Assembly: GCA_009914755.4 (NCBI GenBank) | Contig: CP068257.2 | Coordinates: 9,504,001 to 9,568,000 of the forward strand | Length of the DNA: 64,000 nt | Reading direction: 5' to 3' | Source of the DNA: the human T2T-CHM13v2.0 reference genome, Homo sapiens | Part shown: positions 53,628 to 64,000 of the stretch, piece after piece | How positions within the stretch are numbered: position 1 is the first letter of the stretch | Layout: each line of letters opens with the position of its first letter | Notes under the pieces: generated by a model | Told to the model about the DNA's origin: nothing | Database searches by the model: none | Seen by the model: only the letters and a program-made list of their open reading frames with translations | Program-made: the position numbers and the translations under genes

Positions 53628-56374
53628 CATTCCTCCCTTCAGGAGTGGAGACCCCAAATTCTGTTGGGGAAAGTGTACAACGACTGCTCTTAACTGCTTC
53701 CTGCTGACAAGGGTTGCTGTTTTGGGAAAGTGGCAGTTAAGGCTCCTCCTGAGGTCAGTTTAAGGGTCCCCAAAGAGAACAGTGTGTTCATGAGTGGTTC
53801 TGTTTGCATCACCATTTGAAGTTGAATGGCCTTTAAGAAAAAATTTGGGTTATTAGAAGACATATTCAGAATGAAACAAAGGGATAAGGACAGCTCAAAA
53901 CAAAACAAAACAAAAATCTCAAGGCTGCCAATACAGCCAGATAACTCGTGGCTATAGTTATGCCTGCTAAGGTTTGTATTCATGGGGCTTGGCTTTGATT
54001 AGCTCCCTTGGTCTTATTTTCCCAAACAAAGAAATCTCTGGGTTATGGGCACCTATTTACTCCGATCACCTGGAAGGATTTGCAGGATAATTGTTCAGAA
54101 TTAAAATATTGATCCAGATTTTTTATATTACTCATCCCTTTGGTTCTTTTGAGCTGCAGCTGTACATTGCTGGTTGGTCCACAGGAATAAGCAGGGTAGT
54201 CTAAAATGTAGACAAAAACTTAAAAACAACTAATGGGATTATAATGTAATGACAAATGTAGAGTAAGTTTTGAAACATAATTTCTCTCTCTCCAGTCCTC
54301 ATTTTTGCCAAAAACAAATCATGATAGGACTCAGTTGTTTGAAAAACAAACTTTAGCCTTATACTTGTCTTATTTGCATAAAGTGCAAAAAGAATAATTA
54401 TTTTTCCCATAGGCTTTTAAATTGGCTTTGATGGAACTCTGTTCCATAAGGAATCTCAGTTAAGACCTTTTAAGGCCAAGCCCAGTCATGGGTTTCCACC
54501 CTCAAATATCTACGAGTTTGGTAAATCATTCTCTTCTTGATGTCTCAAGAACAAGCTTTTTAACAGGCCCAAGAGCTTTTTAACAGGCTCCTAGGCCTGT
54601 TAAAAAGTGACATGCTTTACTTCCCACGGGTTAGGAACCTTGTACAAGGACTGTGTTGACAAGGTATGTAGCCAGTTTTCCCAAGAGACTTTTATTGGCA
54701 AGTCCAGCTTAATTACTTAAAGGAACATATACCCTTCCAGTAAAAGCCTTGGTAAAACCACCAGTTTCTTCAATTGTGTCCTGTTGCAAAAGAAAATGTA
54801 TTCTTATTGCACTGATGAAAATAACTGTATTGCCATAAATTAAATATTCTCACAAATAGTTTCCAAATTCTGGCAAACCCAGGCAGAGAGAAACAAACGT
54901 CCTTCAAATTTTGTTCACAGGAGTATAGTTTACTCAATTATTAAAGGCTTTAAATAATTCAAAATAAGTATCCTTGACTCAGAAAAACAAAGCAAGGAAA
55001 GTTTTAAGCAAAAAGGTTAAAAATAATACTTGTTTTCTATTAGTTCAATCCATTCTGTTCTCTTGTTCTGCTAGATATTCATGAACATTTCAGTTCTTCA
55101 TGAGTACTGTATTTTTTTCAATGTCATAATCTCCAGAGTTAATGGAATCTTGCATTTGAGAACACTTGTCAAAATCCTATAGCTGATTATAAATCATCTT
55201 TTGAGTAGGATCAAAACAAGACATTTGTCTGTGAATGATGAAATGTCTAAGGTAGTTACTGTCAAGAATACAAATGACAAAGAAATTTAGTCATTTCTAG
55301 GGTTTACAATAACTAAACATAATAACCTTAATTATGATTGATAGCATATACTCAGACATTAGAATTTTAGAAATCTCATATAATTTTGAAACATATTAAT
55401 ATTATTCACTAAAATATAACCTAAAGCAGATTAAATATAACTTTGGAAATACCATATAACTAAACATTTCAAAAAAACCAGTTTTCTTCTCTTTTGGATG
55501 TTCCAGGGACCAGGAAAGACAATTTTGAAACTGAAGTTTGATTTTGGGAAGCCTGTTAAATATGTTAGAGGTTCAAAGCACTTGATATTATAAAATAGAA
55601 TTCCAAGTTACCATATGTCATTTATTTTAACCAAAATGATGACTCAAACATTTTAAAACAACACAAAAGCATATTCACAGGTAGAGGGAAAACTTAGCTT
55701 TCCAAATGATCTGTCGTTAATTTTACAGGGAAATCCTGTTCAAGTGAAAGCCTAATTTCATCCTTGCATTAGTCTACTGTTGATGTCAACCCCAATTTTT
55801 TTAATGAAAACTTATAGATATTATATCTAATCTTATCTAGTTTGACCATGAGGTGAGATTTTTTTAAACTTTTATAACCCTTTACAAATTGTTGTTAAAG
55901 AGCAGATCAGTGCCTTTAGAAAAGCTTGTTGTGCTTTTATTTCAATGCTCAATTTACAAAAACAAAATACTTTTTTGAAATTAGTCAATATGTTCACACA
56001 ATTTCTTTTGCAAGATTAATTTTTACAAACTTTTCACCATTTGTTTAAACCCTCAGCTTTATCTTATCTAATTCAAAACAATCCTTTAACCCAAGGCAAA
56101 AATTTACATTTTCATGCTTTCTTATAATCTTTTACTAAAAACATATTTTACTTTCCTTACTTACCTTATATATAAATCTATTTTCATTGTCTCGATTACA
56201 GGTTATTATGGTAACTCTTAGCAATTTTTAACTTTAATGTACAACCTGGCAAGTTGCTTTAATTATGTAGTAGTAGGCATAAATAAAATCTGATTCCTTT
56301 CTGCATAATTAAGGGTGTGGTTAATTCCATATGTCCCTGGACTTATTAATTGTGAAGCAGGCAAATTGAATAGT

Positions 56375-56737
56375 GTATTAGTCAATTTTCATGCTGCTGA
56401 TAAAGACAATCTTGAGACTGGGCAATTTACAAAAGAAAGAGGTTTAATTGGACTTACAGTTCCACATGGCTGAGGAGGCCTCACAATCATGGCAGAAGGT
56501 AAGGGGGAGCAAGTGACATCTTATGTGGATGGTGGCAAACCAAAAAAGAGAGCTTGTGCAGAGAAACTCTCATTTTTAAAACCATCAGATCCATGAAACC
56601 CATTACTATCATGAGAACACATAAAAAGACCCACCCTCATGATTCAATCATCTCCCACTGGGTCCCTGCCACAACACATGGAAATTACAGGAGCTACAAG
56701 ATGAGATTTGGGTGGGGACACAGAGCCAAACTTTATC
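56375..56737 (-). mobile_element. Solo MaLR LTR, THE1B/C-type, with perfect 5-bp TSD AATAG
   Basis: 'tgtattagtcaattttcatgctgctgataaagacaatcttgagactgggcaatttacaaaagaaagaggtttaattggacttacagttccacatggctgaggaggcctcacaatcatggcagaagg...caagatgagatttgggtggggacacagagccaaactttatca'. Flanks are 'attgAATAG|tgtatt' and 'tttatca|AATAGttc'. Confidence 0.9.
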
Positions 56738-58057
56738 AAATAGTTCTTAAAAGCCAAAGAAGCAGTTAATAACTTTGAAGCATTTAGCTAACCTAGTATC
56801 TGACCTACATGATTCAGCCCACATATTTACATTTTAAAGACATTTGTATTTTACCAATTATTTTTAAAACTGCCTTTATTTCTTAAAGATTATAGTCATG
56901 TGAACTCAAAAGGTATTACAGCTTTTATTTTTCTTCAAAAAATATTTGATCTAAGTGCTTATTTTCCTAGAGCTTTTTTATATAAACATCACGCCCATAA
57001 GAAATATAAAATTACACAGATGAACAAAAGCAAATTCAGTACTTGTAAGATTTTTCATTTGCCAATCTTCTGAATAGATTATTGGCCTCTGGGTGAAGCC
57101 CTTCAAGAGCAGGGCCTAGGACAGCATACAGTTTCTAGGGCCTAATAAACAGGCATAGCTGGAAGACAGAGATAGATTTTGAGAAGGATCTATCCACTTT
57201 TAATTCCTGGGGTTTCATGAGGAAAACAGAGGGTGTTGTTTTCCCCAAAATGGGGTCTGCAGCACCTTCTTTGTTTTTTCCCAGGAGCCCCGGGCTATCA
57301 GAAGTTATCTTAGAGCCTCTCATGTATGCACTGAATGACAAGACAAAATGGGGAAAAAAAAATCATTCAACAGAGAAAGAACCTTTTTCCAGAAAAACAA
57401 GATCCATGCAGAGAAAAATTTAAAGGCCTTTAAATATACCTATAACTTGGATATCCACTTTTAATTCAGCTGTGCTCTAAGAAAATCGTTTCAAATCTAT
57501 TATCCAGCTTTAGCCATGCCGAGCAGCCAATATTTCTGGCTTTAGAACTTTATTAAAAATAACCTCACAGGTGAAACCAACAAGCTTCAACTAAGATTAT
57601 GACTTAACTGTAAGTGTAAAAGTTATTTTCAAAGAGGTGCTAAGCAGTTTTTACAGAATCTAAGATCTTTAAAGTTGGTTCAGACAAAGGAAGATTTAAG
57701 AAAGGAAGCTAGAAGTTGTTTATAGAGGGGAAGAGAATCAGCAAATGGTAAAAGTCACACAGATATTAGCCACAATATACTCATTCCCTAAGCCAGGATT
57801 AAACCCAGGCCACCATTGTAAAATGGCAGAGGCCAAAAGAAAGTATTATCAAGTGGTTACAAGGTCAAGCTCCTAAGGACATAAAACAAGATGAAGAACT
57901 GCAGCAAGGTTTGTTACTGACCAGTTTGCCAGGCTGGCTTGATCAGCAAACTTTTGGGGTCCTAGGCCTGCATTCTATCCTAAGGTACCCCTCTTTATGA
58001 CAGAACTATACAGAAAGACACACAAAGCACACTACATTGGCTACAGCTTAAGACTAG

Positions 58058-58500
<443 letters not shown>

Positions 58501-59627
58501 CTGGTAAGAACTTTTACCCTTTTGCTGGTGTACCAGACTTCTGAGTTGCCCTTTTTCATGCTCAGTTTTGAGCCAAGCAGTTTAAGGTTTGGGGAAATTA
58601 ACTTTTCCCAGTTTAAGGGATGCATACAAAGGGAGTGTCCTGTGGTACAGCGACACAAGGACCCACCCACAAAGAGAGGACAGAGGAGGAAAAAGGAGAA
58701 AGGAGGTGTTTTTTCAGAAGAGTCCTAGTGATTCAGGAGGCAATCAAGAGAAATATGGGCTGCAGATGATTGGTTACTCACCTAAGAAGAGGGGAGCAAG
58801 GCATCCCTAGTTTCTTCTTTTTCCTAGTAAATACCTGAGGTACATGAGGGAGAGGAGAAAAGTGTCCTCTTTCTTTCTTCTGTTCTTATATCCCTGAGTC
58901 CTGGTGATCTTGGCAGGTTACCACCCATGGGTGCCAATGCAGCTTTCACCTATGTTAACAGGGGGCTTACAGGGTGCGAGTTATCCACCATTACCCATGC
59001 GCTGCTTGTCCCACTGTTGTTGATAACCTTTGAGTTCTTTAGATTTCATGCATGCCATGGATACTAGAATGACCTCTATCCACGAGATGGAAGGGAGCCT
59101 AATCGGCAGCAATGAGTCATGCTAACCTAAAGCTTTGGAGCTGGGTCTTCCTTAAACAAGGAAGAGAAAAGGCTATCTTGGGAATGGGGGTCCTGGCCTA
59201 ATAAGAAAACAAAAACAAAAACAAACAAAAAACCTCTCATAAAAGTTAACTCCTTACAAAGTGGAGAAAAGAAAAATAAAATAAAACAGCTTAAGTGCAG
59301 GGTGGGGAAGATGCCCGAGGAGAAACCTTTTATTCTTATACAAATGAGTTCCTCCAATAGGGAGAGAGCATTTTAATTGCTGTCTCCTCCTTTCTGGCTC
59401 AGCCAGGGGAGGAAAGACACTGTGGGTGCGTGGGGAGAGGGAAGAGTGAGCAGGAAATGCTGGCCACCTAGCCAAGTGGGGCCCTTGGGCTATGTGCCTC
59501 AGCCGGGAGGGGAGGGAGGTTGGGAGTTGCCACTCTCCCATTTGTCTCACATGTGTACCTGTGGCCATTGGAGGTTGGGGTAAGGGACATGTCTCTAAAA
59601 ACGGAGGGAGAGCACATTGTTCTGAAT

Positions 59628-60031
59628 TGTATAGAATTTATTAAGTTAAAGGAAAGCTCTCAGCAAAGAGAGGAGTCCTGAAAGTAGGTTCCCGGTTGCC
59701 CTCTTCACAGGTGAATACAAAGGCATTTTTATATAAGCTGATGGGGCTGAGTTCCCTATTTGTATAAGGCATGAATTCCTGTAGGCTCCACTGCATCCTT
59801 CCAGAGTGCATGCAGACCCTTAGTCTGAGACATTCCATATTGATTTATTTTTCTTACTGCCCACGTGTTAAGAAACAAAATTTTCCACTGCAGGCATGTT
59901 TAGGCAAGCCCCCGGAGCAAGTACCCTTATCTGCACAAAACATCTGGTATAAACACTTGTGGAGCAGGTAGGAGGTTCTCTGGGGGACCCTTCCCTTACT
60001 GTCTGCCTAAAGCAAGCTGGCTAACTTTTCA
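59628..60031. repeat. Copy B of the same unclassified ~410-bp LTR-like repeat (TG...CA)
   Basis: 'tgtatagaatttattaagttaaaggaaagctctcagcaaagagaggagtcctgaaagtaggttcccggttgccctcttcacaggtgaatacaaaggcatttttatataagctgatggggctg...ccatattgatttatttttcttactgcccacgtgttaagaaacaaaattttccactgcaggcatgtttaggcaagccccc...ctaaagcaagctggctaacttttca'. Confidence 0.7.
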
Positions 60032-62039
60032 GAAAGAGACAGAGAAAATGAAGTAGCTACCAAAGTATTCTAGGTCTACAAGTGATATTATTTTCAACAA
60101 GTATTCAAATGCCATTCTAGTCTAAACTAATTCATTATAAATCAGCTAATATTAAGTAAATATTTCACAAATTAAAAACTAGTTACAAAAGGTAGAGACC
60201 TCAAAGAAAGGCAGAAATGAGGCAAATGGGAAAAAATTATGGTGACTTAAAGCCTATATATTGTGATCTGGAGAATTAGAATTTAATTTGTCTATACAAA
60301 GTAGGTCATGATCCTGATAAGTTTAGCAATTAGAGTATTTATAAAAAGTAAGAGCTAAATAATTTGTTTCAGGGATGCACTTTTATTTCAATTATCTAGA
60401 CCTGAAATTATATTTTTTGAGATCATTCAGGAAGAAGAAATTACATGAGGAGAACTTTCTAATCAGTATGCTTAGTGTAAGTATATCTGATGAGTTCATA
60501 AGTCTGTTTCATTTATTATTCTTCAGAATAGGTCTGTAGCATGACACAAACAATTTCTGATGACTTCAGCTACCTTTTTAAGGAAGGTAGACTTGCTCCA
60601 TCCCCTATCTTCTATTTTGCATCTGAAAGAGGATCATACTCCTGTTTAAGTAAACTTTATTAATGTTTTTCAAAATATTTCTTCTCTTGCCAATATAAAA
60701 TAATGAAATTGTAGTAAAATGAGGATTGTCTTCCTCAAGACGAGTAATTTTTCATGAACAATTTATTTAATTATTTCAATAATTATTCAAAAATGATTTC
60801 AAATTATTTCAACAATTTATCTTATGAACATTTATTTCATTATTTATTCACACCATCAAATAATATTTTACGTTAAGTCCAAATTTTTTGCATTGCTGTT
60901 CATGTCAGGTTTATAATGGAATTCATTCTCTATGACCTCCTTTTTAAGCACTGCTAAATAGATAGTAATCTTTCTTTCTATAACAGTTGAGTTTAAATTG
61001 CTTTTCTTAATTTTCTCTGACAGAGAACATTATTTTTTATTGTTGTAAACTAGCTATAGTCTACATATTTAATTATTTGGAATTTGATTTGTGTATATTT
61101 TTCAGTGGAAGCTAACTTCTTCCTAATGTCTCCATCTACATTTCATATTTATTCATCCATTCACATATTCAACAAAATTTCAGAATCTGTTTTTGGGCTT
61201 TTAATACTCATCTTATTCATTTTACTATTTATGTATTTATTTCTTTATTTATTTAGAAACTGGTTCTCACTTAGTTGACCATATTAGAGTGTAGTGATGC
61301 CATCATAGCTCATGGCAGCCTCAAACTCCTGGGCTCAAGTTTGTTGATTTTATTTTAAATGTCCACACAGTGTTCTCAGTCAGAAACAGATTTCTTAATA
61401 ATGTGTGTTGGCTGCTCCTTTTCCCAGTTCTTATCTTTGGACAGTATAAAGAGATCCAGATCATCCTAGTGAGAGGCTAGACTCTCTGAAAGCAAGAAAT
61501 TAAGAACAATGGTTTTGTTCCTTGTCTTTGTTTTTATACTTATAATAGGATGGAAACGGCTGTTTTTCTGTCCTTCTAAGAGGATATCTTCTTTATTCCA
61601 AACTTTTGGAATGTTGTAAAATCTCTCCTGGAGCCAAATAACCCTGTGTCTCCAAGTTTTTATGACCTATAGCTGTCTCCAAATTCTGGAACATCATATC
61701 TTTTGACGTATGAATACCAAAACCTAGTCTTCCTCTTACCCTAGGACTTAACCTAGGAACCTAGTAATCTAAGGATTTTAAAAATTTAACCCTCTTAGGG
61801 GAGTAAAAGAAGTTTTCCTATTGTTTCAAATCAGAGAAATTAACTGGACAAAGGGCTGCAGATCTAATTCTCTCAGTGTGTGAAGAGTCTCAAGAAGCTA
61901 GTGCTTTGAGAGAATCCATGAGAAACCCAGGGACCTTTAACATCTCCTCATTATTATTTGCATAGCATACTACCAGGGGAGATGGAGAATTAAAATAATA
62001 ATATATTTTTAATAACTTTAAGTTCTCTTAAATCATATG

Positions 62040-64000
62040 GTTTTTTAAGGATTAAAAAAAATATCCTGGATATCTATGGCTATACTTAGACATATGTAAT
62101 ATACATATATAACACAATAGCTTTTGGGGACAAGTGGTTTTTGGTTACAGAGTGGTAAAGTCTGAGATTTTGGTGCCCATGTCACCCAAGTAGTGTACAT
62201 TGCACCCAATATGTAGTGTTTTATCCCTCACCCACCTCCTACTATACCCCTTAGTTGTCTCCAATGTCCATTATACCACTCTGTATGCATACCCATGGCG
62301 TAGCTACCACTTAAAAGTGAGAATATATGATATTTGGTTTTCCATTCCTGAGTTACTTCACTTAGAATAATGGCCTGCAGCTCCAGTTGGAGTTGCTGCA
62401 AATGACATTATTTCATTCTTTTTAGGGCTGAGTATTATGTCATGGTGTATGTTTACCACATTTCTTTATCCACTCATTGGTTGAGGAGCACTTAGGTTGG
62501 TTCTGTATCTTTGTAATTGTGAATTGTACTGCAATAAACATATACATGCAGGTGTATTTTTGATACAATGACTTTTTTAATTTGAGTAGATAACCAGTAG
62601 TGGGATTGATGGACTGAATGCTAGATCTGCTTTTAGTTATTTCAAAAATCTCCATAATGCTTTACATAAAGGATGTACTAATTTCCATTCCCACCAGCAA
62701 TGTATAAGCATGCCCTTTTCACCACATTCATGTCAAAATCTGTTTTTTTTCTTTTGACTTTTTAATAATACCTATTATGCTGGGAAAAGATGGTATCTCA
62801 CTGTGGTTTTAATTTGCATTTCTTTGATGATTGGTGATGTTAATAATTTTTTATATGTTTGTTGGTCATTTGTATATCTTCTTTTGAGAAATGTCTATTC
62901 ATGTCATTTTTTTTCACTTTCTGATGGGATTATTTTTTCTTGCTGATTTGTTTTCCTTGTTAATTCTAGATATTAATTATTTGCTAGATGCATACTTTGT
63001 AAATATTTTCTTCTATTCTCTGAGTTATCTGTTTACTGTGATGATTATTTCTTTTGCTGTGAAGGTTTTTAGTTTAATTATGTCCTTTTTATTTATTTTT
63101 GTTTTTGTTGCATTTACTTTTGGAGTCTTAGTCATAAAGTTTTGGCTTAGGTAAATGTCCAGATGTGTTTTTCTTAGTTTTTTTTCTAGAATTTTTATGG
63201 TTTTGGGTTTTATATTTAAGTCTGATCCATCTTCTAATTTTTGTGGATGGTGAGAAAGAGTGATCCAGTTTCATTCTTCTACATGTGGCTATCCTGTTTT
63301 CCCTGCATCATTTATTGAATAGGGTGTCCTTTCCTATTTATGTTTTTGAATGCTTTGTGGAAGTTCAGTTGGTTGTATACATTTGGCTTTATTTCTGGTT
63401 TCTCTATTCCTTTCCTTTGGTTTATTTATCTACCTTTATACCAGTACCATGCATGCTGTTTTGATTACTAAAACCTTGTATTATAACTTGAAGTCTCTTA
63501 ACACTATGCCTCCAGATTTGTTCTTTTTGCTTAGAGTTGCTTTTGTAATTCAAGCTCATTTCTGGTTTCATAAGAATTTAGAATTGCTTTCTCTAATTCT
63601 ATGAAAAACGATGTCAGTATTTTGATAGGAATTGCATTGGATCTGTAGATTGCTTTTAGCAGTAAGGTCATTTTCACAAATATGATTCTTCCTATCCATG
63701 AGCATGGGATGTATTTCCATTTGTTTATATCATCTCTAATTTATTTCAGCAGTTTTTGTAGCTCTCCTTATGGAGATCTTTCACTTATTTGGTTAAGTGT
63801 ATTTCAATTTTTTTTCTGCTGCTATTGTAAAAGAAATTGAGTTCTTGATTTGATTCTCAGCTTGATCATTGTTGGTGCTATGCAGTAGTACTAATTTGTG
63901 TACATTCATTTTGTAACCTAAGATTTTATGAATTCATTCATCAAATAGAAGAGTCTTTTGGTGGAATTCTTAGGCTTATCTAAGTATATGCTTAAATCAT
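62040..64000 (-). mobile_element. L1 (older primate L1PB/L1PA-like) 3' portion on the minus strand, running off the window end
   Basis: 3' end 'aatagcttttggggacaagtggtttttggttacag' is the reverse complement of the L1PB terminus '...ctgtaaccaaaaaccacttgtccccaaaagctatt'. The minus-strand ORF 62440-62655 contains '...YMFIAVQFTITKIQNQPKCSSTNEWIKK' (ORF2 C-terminal motif). 62700-64000 reads as the reverse complement of the ORF2 coding region: 'ggtatctcactgtggttttaatttgcatttctttgatgattggtgatgttaa...ccagtaccatgcatgctgttttgattactaaaaccttgtattataacttgaagtc...'. Confidence 0.9.

Noticed and set aside
62891-63604. Plus-strand ORFs of 87 and 84 aa with hydrophobic, membrane-protein-like composition
   Set aside because: They are on the antisense strand of the minus-oriented L1 ORF2 region. 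The poly-F/L/I content comes from the reverse complement of the A-rich L1 coding sequence.

Overview
This window is primate (almost certainly human) nuclear genomic DNA. It is not a prokaryotic locus. It is AT-rich and densely packed with interspersed repeats: about nine Alu SINEs (several with intact target-site duplications, TSDs), three L1 fragments carrying recognisable ORF2 C-terminal peptides, and many MaLR-type LTRs (THE1/MST/MLT1-like). These include one apparently complete MST-type element with both LTRs. There is also a Tigger-like MITE, a MER1-like hAT MITE split by an LTR insertion, and several microsatellites and minisatellites. No six-frame ORF exceeds 147 aa. Every long one is explained by a repeat (Alu antisense translation, L1 ORF2 remnants, CA-repeat translation, MaLR internal region). 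I see no CpG island, no plausible exon with splice context, and no operon-like or CRISPR-like structure. I call zero host protein-coding genes. The window looks like gene-poor intergenic or deep-intronic sequence. I cannot support the expected 'undescribed biological system'. The most interesting structure is a ~7.1-kb segment bounded by two ~410-bp direct repeats (52923-53627 and 59628-60031) that start TG and end CA. It has a purine tract beside one boundary and later Alu and THE1 insertions inside it. This is compatible with an old, non-coding endogenous-retrovirus-like provirus, but it is unproven. Subfamily names are from memory of repeat consensus sequences, not from database searches. 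Coordinates of repeat ends are approximate (about ±10 bp).
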